DNA of 64,000 bases from Octopus vulgaris (GCA_951406725.2 OX597839.1:7006001-7070000), one strand, 5' to 3'; counted from the first letter of the stretch, positions 43,255 through 56,401 are shown. The notes: a model not told the origin generated them from the sequence alone. Made by a program: numbers and translations.

Positions 43255-43680
43255 CCTAACAGAAAGACGAAATACCTATTTCTTTATTACCCACACAGAG
43301 GGGACAAACAAGGACAGACAAACGGATTAAGTCGATTACATCGACCCCAGTGTGTAACTGGTACTTAATTTATCGACCCCGAAAAGATGAAACGCAAAGT
43401 CGACCTCCTCGGTGGAATTTGAACTCAGAACGTAAAGACAAACGAAATACCTATTTTTTTTACTACCCACAAGGGGCTAAACAGAGAGGGGACAAACAAG
43501 GACAGACAAACGGATTAAGTCGATTACATCGACCCCAGTGTGTAACTGGTACTTAATTTTTCGACCCCGAAAGGATGAAAGGCAAAGTCCAACTCGGCGG
43601 AATTTGAACTCAGAACGTAACGGCAGACGAAATACCGCAAAGCGTTTCGCCCGGCGTGCTAACGGTTCTGCCTGCTCGCC
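43255..43680 (-). mobile_element. SINE family B tandem array (2+ units)
   Basis: Repeated AGACGAAATACCTATTT junctions. Confidence 0.9.
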
Positions 43681-44085
43681 TATTATATATATGAGTGAGA
43701 GAGAGAGAGAGAGAGAGAGACAGAAAGAGAGAGACTTGAGAAAAAAGTGAGAGAGAGAAGGAAAGAGTGATAGAGAGAGAAAGTTGGGTGTGATATTGTT
43801 GGGGATTGTTATGTGATCTGTTCTGTATCTGTCCCCGTCAGAAAGTGAACTCGGAGCTGATATCTGTGTAAATGTTTCGATGTTTCTTGATTACTCTCGG
43901 TTTATGGAAACAAGTCGTTGGCCAATATGAAGAGCATCTTTGGGTAAAATGGAATCTAGGGAGAGAGATAGGGAGAGTGAGAAAGAGAGAGAGAAATGAA
44001 GAAGTAGACGGCGGTGGTGGTGGTGGTGGTGGCAGAGTTCGATGTAGTCTTTGAGAGTGAGGCTGTCGTCTGGTGGTGATGTAAG

Positions 44086-47000
44086 GTGGTGGCGGGGGTG
44101 ACGATGGCTATGTTAGTGATGAAGGTGGTGGTGTTGGCTGTGGTGGTGTTGGTGGATGTGGTGGTGGCAGTGGCGTTGTTGGCGGCGGAGGTGTTGGTGG
44201 TGGTGATGGTGGTGGTGGTAACGGTGGCTATGGTAGTGGCGGAGGTGGGGGCGGTGGCTATGGTGGTGGTGGTGGATGTGGTGGTGGCTATTGAGGTGGT
44301 GGCGGTGGCGTTGTTGGAGGTGGCGGTGGTGGCGGTGGTGATGGTGGCGGTGGTGAAGATATGAGAGGTGGCTATGGTGGGGTTGGTGGCTGTGGTGATG
44401 GTGGCGGTGGTGACAGTGGCTATGGTGGTGGTGGAGGTAGGGGCGGTGGCTATGGTGGTGGTGGTGATGAATGTGGTGGTGGCGGTGTTGGCTGTGGTGA
44501 TGGTGGCGGTGGTGATGGTGGCTAAGGTGGTGGTGGAGGTGGGGTCGACGTCTATTGTAGTGGTAGATGTGGTGGTAGCGGTGGCGTTGTAGGCGGTGGC
44601 CGTGGTGGCTGTGGTGATGGTGGCGGTGGTGACGGTGGCTATGTTGGTGATGGAGGTGGAGGCTGTTGCTATGGTGGTGGTGGAGGTGGGGGTGGGGTGG
44701 CTATGGTATTGTTGGTGGTGGATGTAGTGGTGGCGGTGGGGTTGTCGGAGGTGGCGGTGGTGGCTGTGGCGATGGTGGCGGTGGTGACCGTGGATATGGT
44801 GGTTGTGGAGGTGGGGGAGGTGGCTATGGTGGGGGTGTTGGCTGTGGTGATGGTGGTGGTGGTGACGGTGGCTATGGTAATGGTGGAGGTGGGGGTGGAG
44901 GCTAGTGTGGTGGTGGTGATGGATGTGGTGTGGTGGTGGTGGCTGTGGTGATGGTGGTGGTGGTGACGGTGGATATGGTGGTGGTGGAGGTGGGGTCGGT
45001 GGGTATGGAGGTGGTGTGGTGGGTGTGGTAGTGTCGGTGGGGTTGTCGGAGGTGGTGGTGGTGGCTGTGGTGATGGTGGCGGTGGTGACGGTGGCTATGG
45101 TGGTGGGTGGTGGTGGATGTGGTGGATGTGGTGGTGGTGGTGGTGGCTGTGGTGATGGTGTCAGTGGTGACGGTGGCTATGGTGGTGGTGGAGGTGGTTG
45201 TGGTAGTGTCGGTGGGGTTGTCGGAGGTGGTGGTGGTGGCTGTGGTGATGGTGGCGTGGTGACGGTGGCTATGGTGGTGGTGGAGGTGGGGGCGGTGGCT
45301 ATGGTGGTGGTGGTGATGGATATGGTGGTGGTGGTGGTGGCTGTAGTGATGGTGTCAGTGGTGACGGTGGCTATGGTGGTGGTGGAGGTGGGGGAGGTGG
45401 CTATGATGGGGGTGTTGATGGATGTGGTGTGGTGGTGGTGGCTGTGGTGATGGTGGTGGTAGTGACGGTGGCTATGGTGGTGGTGGAGGTGGGGTCGGTG
45501 GGTATGGAGGTGGTGTGGTGGGTATGGTAGTGTCGGTGGGGTTGTCGGAGGTGGTGGTGGTGGCTGTGGTGATGGTGGCGTGGTGACGGTGGCTATGGTG
45601 GTGGTGGAGGTGGGGGCGGTGGCTATTTTGGTGGTGGTGATGGATGTGGTGGTGGTGGTGGTGGCTGTGGTGATGGTGTCAGTGGTGACGGTGGCTATGG
45701 TGGTGGTGGAGGTGCGGTCGGTGGGTATGGAGGTGGTGGTGGTGGGTGTGGTGGTGTCGGTGGGGTTGTCGGAGGTGGTGGTGGTGGTGGCTGTGGTGAT
45801 GGTGGCGGTGGTGGAGGTGATGTGGTGGTGGCGGTGGCGTTGTCGGAGGTGGCGGTGGTGACCGTGGCTATGGTGGTGGTGGTGGTGGGGGAGGTGGCTA
45901 TGGTGGGGATGGTGGATATGGTTGTGGCGGTGGCGTTGTCGGAGGTGGCAGTGGTGTCTGTGGTGATGGTGGCGGTGGAGACGGTGGCTATGGTTGTGGT
46001 GGAGGTGGGGGAGGTGGCTATGGTGGGGGTGGTGGCTGTGGTGATGGTGGCGGTGGTGACGGTCGCTATGGTGGTGGTGGTGATGGATGTGGTGGTGGCG
46101 GTGGTGGCTGTGGTGATGGTGGCGGTGGTGACGGTGGCTAAGATGGTGGTAGAGGTGGGGTAGGTAGCTATGGCGGTGGTGGAGATGGATGCGGTGGTGG
46201 CGGTGGCGTTGTCGGAGGTGGCGGTGGTGTATGTGTTGATTTTGGCGGTGGTGACCGTGACTATGGTGGTGGTGGTGGGTGTGGGGAGGTGGCTATGGTG
46301 GTGGTGGTGGTGGCTGGTGGTGGTGGTGGTGGTGGCGGTGGTGTTGTCGGAGGTGGCGGTTGTGGCTGTGGTGATGGTGGCGTTGGTGACGGTGGCTATG
46401 GTGGTGGTTGAGGTGGAGGAGATGGATATGGTGGTGGTGGTGGCGGATTTGGTGGTGGCGGTGGTTTTGTCGGAGGTGGCGGTGGTGTTGTCGGAGGTGA
46501 CGGTGGTGTTTGTGTTGATTGTGGCGGTGGTGAACGTGGCTATGGTGGTGGTGGTGGTGGGGCCGGTGGCTATGGTTGTGATTGTGGATGTGGTGGTTAC
46601 AGTGCCGTTGTGGTGGTGTTGTTGGCATTGTTGGCGGTGGCGGTGGCATTGTTAGCGGTGGCGGTGGTGGCTGTGGTGGTGGTAGCGTTGGTGACGGTGG
46701 ATATGGTTAGGGTAGGTTTCGGGATAGGGTTCAGGGTTAGGGTTTGTGTTAGGGTTAGCCTGGCGGTGGTGACGGTGTCTATGGTGGTGGTGTAGGGGAG
46801 GGCGTTGCTGGAGGTGGTGGTGGTGGATGTGGTGGTGGCGGTGCGTTGTTGGCGGTGGCGGTGTAGGCTGTGGTGGTCGTTGTGGTGGATGTTGTGGTGG
46901 ATGTGGTGGTGGAGGTATGGGCGCTGGCTATGGTGGTGGTTGTGGATGTGGTGGTCGTGGTGGCGTTGTTGGCGGTGGTGGTGTTTCCTGTGGTGGTGGT

Positions 47001-47155
47001 GGCGATGGTGACAGCTATTGTGTTGGTGGAGGTCTTGGTGGTGGCTATGGTGGTGGTGGTGGATGTGGTGGTGGTGGTGGCTTTGTTGTCGGTGGCGGTG
47101 GTGTCTGTGGTGGTGGTGACGGTTTTGTCTTTGGTTATGTAGGAGGCGGTGGTGG
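44086..47155 (+). repeat. GGT-rich degenerate higher-order tandem repeat (~3 kb)
   Basis: Recurring GGTGACGGTGGCTATGGTGGTGGTGGAGGTGGGG...GTTGTCGGAGGTGGCGGTGGTGGCTGTGGTGATGG modules. Confidence 0.9.
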
Positions 47156-47187
47156 TTAGGATCAGGGTGGTGTTTTTTGAATTTTTA

Positions 47188-47496
47188 TTCGTGGAAGATG
47201 GGTTTCCATGCTACACAGCGAAAAGGAATCAACAATGGCTGACTGAAAATGGGATCAAAAAGCTTCCTTGGCCACGCCAATCTCCTGACATGAACCCAAT
47301 TGAAAATCTTTGGAGCATACTAGATAGAGCTATACGAAAAACTCGACAGAAACCTAAATCTAAAGATGAATTGTTTTGATTGTTGCGTGAAAAGTGGGCA
47401 GAAATTCCACAAGAGACAATCACAAAGCTCATCAGTTCAATGCCAAAAAGAGTTTCTGAATTAAAATCTACAAAAGGAATGTCAACTAAATACTAA
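47188..47496 (+). pseudogene. Tc1-family DD34E transposase C-terminal remnant
   Basis: EDG...WPRQSPDMNPIENLW with 34 residues between D and E. Internal TGA at 47377-47379, then LLREKWAEIPQETITKLISSMPKRV...KGMSTKY*. Confidence 0.9.
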
Positions 47497-47635
47497 AATA
47501 TGTAATCCTACATATCGATTGCATTTCAATTGTTCGCTTTGCGTATTAAAATAAAGATTTTGAAAATTAAAGGTTTCTATTTACTTCCTGCATGTCTGTG
47601 TACATCTGACTGCATGTCTGTGTACCCGTCTCCTT

Positions 47636-48230
<595 letters not shown>

Positions 48231-48330
48231 CATCCTCGTGTCACTCCATGTCACCGGCTTCTCTTAATATCTTCCTTACATTCACGTTCTTTCTGTCTCT
48301 TCCGTAACTATCACATACAGACATGCGTAC

Positions 48331-48372
<42 letters not shown>

Positions 48373-48968
48373 TACACAAACACACACGCACAAAACACCG
48401 ACAAACAAACACAGACACTCACACACCTACACACACACACACACACACACAATCACAATATTCTATAGAAGGTCACAAATGAAAATATTGAGTGATCCCC
48501 AAACAATAAGATCCAATTAAAAAAGAAAACAGCAATAACAACGACATAATGTATGTATACGTTTACACACACACACACATACACACACGTACACACATAC
48601 AGACACACGTATATATATATTATATATATATATATATACGTGTGTGTACATACACATATGTGTACAGATAAAAAGAAAGAAATATATATATACATATATA
48701 TATATACACACACGTATATACACATATATGAATATGCACATATGCACTCACACATATACATATATACTTGCATACACATATGCATTCGAAGACATACATA
48801 CACACACACATACACACATACACATACATATGTATATATATATATACATATATATGTACACATATATTATATAATATAATATAATATATATATATAAACA
48901 TATACATAAATTCATACACACACGTATAATGTATATATATATATGTATGTATACATACATACATATAC

Positions 48969-49088
<120 letters not shown>

Positions 49089-50301
49089 GTATATGTATAT
49101 GTATATATGTATATATATATATATATGGTTATTATTTTTAGTTAATTTGTTAGGTTGCTGCCAGCGGTTAGAGAAGCATATTGGAGAGCATGGTAACGTG
49201 TCATCCTATCATGTACACATCAATGTCGAACCGTTGAAATTATTAGTACTTGAATTACATTTCCTGTACATTGTTTCTTTAAGGACACATACACACTTTG
49301 AATTTATTAAGATGGCTTCAGTTTTTTCCCTTCGGATCTTCTCTTTGATTTCATTGTGGAATTGCGGTAGATACCCCCAGGCTTTTCCTCTCTGCTCAAG
49401 AAATCAGTGTGTGCGAGTTTAATGAGTCGGGTGCGTGTGTGTGTGTTAACCAGCTTCAACCTTTTGGAAACAATGCACGCACTGCGCACAAATATTATCT
49501 GGCTTTCTCTCTTTCTTTCTTTCTTTCTCTCTCTCTCACTCTCTTTCCCTAACTCTTTCTCTCTCTGTCTATCCGTCTCTCTATTTCACCCGCCTCGCTA
49601 TTTACCCCCTCCCTCTCTCTCATATATTATATATATATACATATATAGATAGATAGATATACATATACATATATATATACATATATATATACATATATAA
49701 ATAGATAGATATACATATACATATATATATATATACATATATATATACATATATAGATAGATAGATATACATATACATATATATATACATATATATACAT
49801 ATATAGATAGATAGATATACATATACATATATATACATATATATATACATATGTATATATATATATATATGCATACATTTACATCTATATATACATATAC
49901 ATATATATATATATATATATACATATGTATATATATATATATACATATATATACACATTTATACATACATACATACATACATACATACATACATACATAC
50001 ATACATACATACATGCATATATATATATATATACATCCTATACACGCGGATAAAAACGAACACAAACTCTCATTCTTACACTAGTGCTTGTATGAATAAA
50101 CACACACACATACACATACGAGCGCGTGGACACACACACACACTCGTATATATATTTAGACGTTGGTGTGTATGTTTGTACGATTGTGTGTATGCACGAG
50201 TCTGTGTGCTTAGGTATGTCTGTGTGTGTATGTAAGTGTTTAGGATGATATTTAAAATCATGAGTGTATAACATGAGTCTTGATAACTGCGTATATGTTG
50301 A

Positions 50302-50740
50302 GGCAGGAGTGGGTGTGTGGTAAGTAGCTTGTTTACCAACCACATGGTTCCGGGTTCAGTCCCACTGCGTGGCACCTTGGGCAAGTGTCTTCTACTATAG
50401 CCTCGGGCCGACCAAACCTTGTGAGTGGATTTGGTAGATGGAAACTGAAAGAAGCCCGTCGTATATATGTATGCATATATATATATATATGTGTGTATGC
50501 TTGTGTGTCTGTGTTTGTCCCCCTAGCATTGCTTGACAACCGATGCTGGTGTGTTTATGTCCCCGTTACCTAGCGGTTCGGCAAAAGAGACCGATAGAAT
50601 AAGTACTGGGCTTACAAAGAATAAGTCCCGGGGTCAAGTTGCTCGATTAAGGCGGTGCTCCAGCATGGCCGCAGTCAAAAGACTGCAACAAGTAAAAGAG
50701 TAAAAGAGTAGAAGTAGTAGTAGTAAAAGAGTAAAAGAGG
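50302..50740 (+). mobile_element. SINE family A, full length; a diverged copy follows at 50880-51260
   Basis: As 29519-29978. Confidence 0.9.
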
Positions 50741-51279
50741 GATATATTTGTAAACTGCGATAAGTGTTCGATTCTCAGGGCAATATCAAGTAATCTACCT
50801 CAGTGAGCAATATGGCGTTATAAGCATTTGTGCGTACGCATGTGCGCGCGCGCCTGTGTGTGCATGTATGTATGTATGTTAGCCGAGGCTGTGTGGTAAG
50901 AAATTTGCTTCTCAACCTTGTGGTTTGGGTTTCAGTCTCACTGCATGGAACCTTCGTCAAGTGTTTTCTACTATTGCCTAGGGTGGATTTGGTAGACGGA
51001 AACTGAGAGAAGCCTGACATATATAAACAAATATGTGTGCGTATGTGTACGTGTATGTGTTTGTGGGTGTCTATTTTACCTGGTGTTGCTGTGTTTGCAT
51101 CCTCGTAAAGTAAAGGTTCGGAATAAGGGGCAGATAGAATATCTACCAGGCTCTAAGTAAAAAAAAAAGTACTAGGATCGATTCGTTCGACGAAAAATTC
51201 TTCAAGGCAGTGCCCCAGCATGGTCGCTGTCTAATGACTGAATCAACAAAAAGATAAAAGATATGCATAAATTAACATC

Positions 51280-51890
51280 TTATTTCTTTATTGCCCACAA
51301 GGAGCTAAACATAGGGGGGGGGGACAAACAAGGACAGACAAACGGATCAAGTCGATTACATCGACCTACCAGTGAGTAAACTGGTACTTAATTTATCGAC
51401 CCCGAAAGGATGAAAGGCAAAGTCGACCCCGGTGGAATTTGAACTCAGAACGTAACGACAGAAGAAATACCTATTTCTTTATTACCCACAAGGGGCTAAA
51501 CACAGAGAGGACAAACAAGGACAGACATAGGTATTAAGTCGATTACATCGACCCCCTGTGCGTAACTGGTACTTAATTTATCGACCCCGAAAGGATGAAA
51601 GGCAAAGTCGACCCCGGCGGAATTTGAACTCAGAATGTCACGGCAGACGAAATACCTATTTCATTACTACCCACAATGGGCTAAACACAGAGAGGACAAA
51701 CAAGGACAGACATAGGTATTAAGTCGATTACATCGACCCTCAGTGCGTAACTGGTACTTAATTTATCGACCCCGAAAGGATGAAAGGCAAAGTCGACCCC
51801 GGCGGAATTTGAACTCAGAACGTAACGGCAGACGAAATACGGCTACGCATTTCGCACGGCGTGCTAACGTTTCTGCCAGCTCTGCGCCTT
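51280..51890 (-). mobile_element. SINE family B tandem trimer
   Basis: Three ~185-bp units. The head is present only at the 51890 end. Confidence 0.9.
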
Positions 51891-52238
51891 TACATCTGCG
51901 TACTTAACAACCAGCCTATCAACCTACATACATACATGCATGCATATATACATTTTAATATACAACACCATTCGGATAAAATTTTTTTTTTCATATTTCA
52001 TTGCTCACGTGAAACAGGAGATGCAAAATAATGACTGGAGTAAGAGGAAAACATTTTGGGGAAAAATAATACAGGCGCAGGAGTGACTGTGTGGTAAGTG
52101 GCTTGCTAACCAACCACATGGTTCCGGGTTCCGTCCCACTGCGTGGCATCTTGGGCAAGTGTCTTCTTCTGTAGCCCCGGGCCGACCAATGCCTTGTGAG
52201 TGGATTTAGTAGACGGAAACTGAAAGAAGCCTGTCGTA

Positions 52239-52323
<85 letters not shown>

Positions 52324-52324
<1 letters not shown>

Positions 52325-52684
52325 AGGAAAAATTGTAAAAATGCAGAATGCTCGATTGAAAGAAAATTTTAATGAAATGAGAAAATGAAAAAATATATAA
52401 ATATATATTTATTCAAACCGGTTTTCGTCATAGTTTGACTTATCATTGCAAAAAACAATGCAACTTTTTTCCCCTTTCTCATTTTTAAAAAGCCTTTTCA
52501 CCTAACTATTCTTGATAAGTCAAACTATGACGAAAACCGGTTTGAATAAATATATATTTATATATTTTTTCATTTTCTCATTTCATTAAAATTTTCTTTC
52601 AATCGAGCATTCTGCATTTTTACAATTTTTCCTTGCTTATCATTTCTCCACGTGCGGTCAACACAACCTCACCATTTATTAATC
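52324..52684 (+). mobile_element. PLE-like fold-back insertion (arms 52324-52445 and 52513-52634)
   Basis: ~122-bp apparently perfect inverted repeat with a 67-bp spacer and ~50-bp unique 3' extension. Bounded by (TA)n on both sides. Confidence 0.85.
52507..52548 (+). ncRNA. Minimal type-I hammerhead ribozyme motif with U3:A8 covariation
   Basis: TATTC-TTGATAA-GTCA(AACTA)TGAC-GAAA-A-CCGG-T-TT-GAATA. All three stems pair. Confidence 0.7.
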
Positions 52685-52688
52685 TATA

Positions 52689-52757
<69 letters not shown>

Positions 52758-53322
52758 ATGTATGTGTGTTTGTGTGTCTGTTTGTCCCCCTAGCATTGCT
52801 TGACAACCGATGCTGGTCTGTTTACGTCCCCGTCACTTAGCGGTTCGGCGAGAGAGACCGACAGAATAAGTACTGGGCTTACAAAAAGAATAAGTCCCGG
52901 GGTCGATTTGCTCGACTAAAGGCGGTGCTCCAGCAATGGCCGCAGTCAAATGACTGAAACAAGTCAAAGAGTAAAAGAGTAAAGAGTAAAGAGTAGTAGG
53001 TTATTTCTGTTCCAATGTACCGGTTCTCGTCGTACGCTGTTATAAACATACTGCTATTTTTAAATCATTAGACTGCGGCCATATTGAGGAATGAGATTCG
53101 ATTCAAAGCATTTAAGTCCGTCATATTGATTTCAATGTTTACTTAACCGATCTATATTCTATTCAATCCATTAAGTTACATTCATCCAATCAATAACAGC
53201 TTTAGAAAAGTAAGCATCATCACTCGTGTTCAGAGACTAGATATGCATTTGAGTGTGTATGTGTGGGGGCGTATATATGTAGTGGTGTAGGCATAGGAGT
53301 GGCTATGTGGTAAGTAGCTTGC

Positions 53323-53836
53323 TTTGCATATATAGGTACATAATTTAAATAATTTTGCATATATAGGTACGTATTTCAGTATTGGTATATAAAGTCAGAA
53401 ATGTATTGGCGTCAATATGTATATGAACGCAATACTCACGCAGGTATACACTCACAGACACAGACACACACACACATAAAATTATATATAAAATTTTATA
53501 TAGGCGCAGGAGTGGCTGTGTGGTAAGTAGCTTGTTTACCAACCACATGGTTCCTGGTTCAGTCCCACTACGTGGCACCTTGGGCAAGTGTCTTCTACTA
53601 TAGTCCCGGGCCAGCCAAAGCCTTGTGAGTGGATTTGGTTGACGGAAACAGAAAGAAGCCAGTCGTATATATGTATAATATATATGTATGTGTGTGTGTG
53701 TATATATGTTTGTGTGTCTGTGTTTGTACCCGCCAACATCGCTTGACAACCAATGCTGGTGTGTTTACGTCCCCGTAACTTAACGGTTCGGCAAAAGAGA
53801 CCGATAGAATAAGTACTAGGCTTACAAAGAATAAGT
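53323..53836 (+). repeat. SINE family A (53502-53836) plus ~180-bp flank, repeated in inverted orientation at ~58470-58946
   Basis: CTTTGCATATATAGGTACATAATTTAAATAATTTTGC...AAAATTTTATATAG matches the reverse complement of 58772-58946. Confidence 0.85.
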
Positions 53837-53881
53837 CTCACAGCTGTTTCTGGGATATTATGGATATCCCTTCATCAGAGA
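53836..53881 (-). ncRNA. Minimal hammerhead-like motif
   Basis: Minus strand: TCT-CTGATGA-A-GGGATAT(CCATA)ATATCCC-A-GAAA-C-AGCT-G-TG-AGA. Confidence 0.6.
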
Positions 53882-54050
53882 TTGTGTGAGAAAATATTTG
53901 AGTTCGAATTATTATTGAAAAGGTGGAGATAGGAAATATAGAGGGAAATAAGAGTATGAAAGTAGAGATAGTATATATATACATACATACCTACATACAT
54001 ATACATATACATATATATATGTATATGTATATATATATAAATAAATAAAT

Positions 54051-54080
<30 letters not shown>

Positions 54081-54082
<2 letters not shown>

Positions 54083-54206
54083 TAATAGTTATCGCCATAT
54101 TAATATGGCAGTCTAAATATAAGACTAAACCTGTCGCTGATTAGCTCCCAAGACAGCTTTAGTCTTATATTTAGACTGCCATATTAATATGGCGATAACT
54201 ATTAAT
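54081..54206. repeat. Fold-back within (TA)n: 55-bp arms, 16-nt loop
   Basis: 54081-54135 versus 54152-54206. Each arm contains the palindrome GCCATATTAATATGGC. Confidence 0.9.
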
Positions 54207-54255
54207 ATCCAGTAACGCTGCCGTAATCTCCTTTAGAGGGACTTAGTAATTTTAA

Positions 54256-54299
<44 letters not shown>

Positions 54300-54300
<1 letters not shown>

Positions 54301-54742
54301 GAAATATGTTACTGAAAAAAAATAGAAACTACACGTGGAAATATAAGGGAAACGTAAGAAGAAATATAAGCGAATATGCACTTTGGAAATAAAAAAAACG
54401 TAAAGGCTTTTTATGAAAAGTAACGGTAGATATATACAATTAGACGAACTGAGGTAGGAATAAAAGTAATAAAAGTCATTATTGTGAATTGTTAAAGAAA
54501 TTTAAAAGCACACCGGTTTCGTAAATTTACTCATCATTGCTTTAAATGCGCACCGATTAATGAACGTTGTCAGGTCTACTAGTAGACTCTGCAACAAATC
54601 GCAATAATGACTTTTATTACTTTTATTCCTACCTCAGTTCATCTAATTGTATATATCTATCTTTACTTTCCATAAAAAGCCTTTACTTTTTTGGTTTCCA
54701 ACTTGCATTTTCGGTTATTTTTCTTCTTACTTTCCCACTATA
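54300..54742 (-). mobile_element. Diverged fold-back within (TA)n with an HHR-like motif in the loop (54501-54546)
   Basis: Arms ~54345-54493 and ~54593-54740. Loop on minus strand: TTTAAAGCA-ATGATGA-GTAA(AT)TTAC-GAAA-CCGG-TG-TGCTTTTAAA. Confidence 0.75.
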
Positions 54743-54746
54743 TATA

Positions 54747-54816
<70 letters not shown>

Positions 54817-54821
<5 letters not shown>

Positions 54822-55540
54822 TTAGAGATAAAACCACTCTTAGGCAAATCATACAATGAAAAACTTAAGCCAATACATAAGATTAATTAATTTATATTAT
54901 TTTAAATATATATCAAAATTATTAAAAAAAGATAATTAGTATAACACTACGATCGTTTCATGGCTGTCCAATTCTTAAAATTTCGAGTTACAGTCATTCT
55001 TCAGGTGATTTAAACATCTAAAATATAATCAGAAATATTTAAACAATATTTTTAAGATGTAAATAATATATATAATATAATAATTTTACTTATAATAAAC
55101 TCTATTATCAAACTAGAGACATAGAACTTAACAATTATGATTATATCCAAATCGACTATAATGTTAAATATTAATTTTAATTTATAAGGTAGGAGACCCA
55201 CCCATAATCTAATATCAATATTAGTCTATATCTAATTACATAAATATTTAAAATGACTAAAATATATAAATTATCAATGAAAATATATAAATGTATATAA
55301 ATATTATAATTAAGATCTAAAATAATCTCTATAAATAATTTTTTTAATGATTTTGATATATATTTAAAATAATATAAGTTAATTAATCTTATGTATTGGC
55401 TTAAGTTTTTCATTGTATGATTTGCCTAATAGTGGTTTTATCTCTAATTTAATATAATATAATATTTTACTATAAAATTGGATTCAATCCAAAATCTGAT
55501 TTTTCCCTGTAAGTTTGGATTTATTCCCTAATATTTTATT
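54817..55540 (-). mobile_element. AT-rich PLE-like element with inverted terminal segment (54817-54925 versus ~55335-55457), bounded by (TA)n
   Basis: Inverted repeat is visible. A second copy of the body lies at 62644-63275. Confidence 0.75.
54945..55007 (-). ncRNA. Minimal type-I hammerhead ribozyme motif with canonical core
   Basis: Minus strand: CAC-CTGAAGA-ATGACTGT...ACAGCCAT-GAAA-C-GATC-G-TA-GTG. Confidence 0.7.
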
Positions 55541-56333
55541 ATATATATATATTTATACGAAGGACTTCCACAGTATTTGTCGGTCAAATTCACTCACTAG
55601 ACATTAGGGGACACTTGCCCAAGGTGCTACACTGCAAGCCTGAACCCGAAACGATGTGCTTGCCATGTCGCATAGCGGACTGTATATTCACACCTTTCCC
55701 GGCGATCTTTTTTCTTACAAAGTTTTTGATCTTACATCTGCTCGACCAGCGTGACCAAAGGCTATGAAGCATCTATAACGGCTAAGTACACTTCACGTAG
55801 TATGATCGATTTTATCGATTCTTCACACCTCTCACCTAAAACGGGTGGCCTTGTACGTGCAAATCAATCAGAGAAATCAATACGTATTGCTAAGAAAAAT
55901 TACACACGAATACACAACCACATACAAACTACTAAAGAGTGAATTATGAAAGTTATAATTGAAAGAATTCATAAAGTGGGGGTTATTACTTTGCTGTAAG
56001 AACGAGGAAAATTCATGTGCCGGGACTTGGTCCTTTACACGGGGAAATGATTGAAGCCCCTGATTCAACTAAGTGTCTTGTTACTGATGTATTTACTATT
56101 TGATGCTGCAAACTGTCGATTTTTTCTAATCGAGCTATTATGAAACAAAGAAAAAATAAACATATATAAATAAATAAATATATTCATAAATAAATAAATA
56201 TATGTTGATTCCGTGTTGTTCAGACGCCACTGTCTGAACGACAATCAATAAGTGGTTTTAAGCATTGACAACGACAAGTAACGAAATAACAATGCGAAAA
56301 AATATATATGCGCTTATGTATGTGTATACATAC

Positions 56334-56401
<68 letters not shown>

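Larger units (their letters stand above)
52073..52993 (+). mobile_element. SINE family A split by an HHR-bearing fold-back in its internal (TA)n
   Basis: 5' half at 52073-52240 and 3' half at 52745-52993. Confidence 0.9.
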
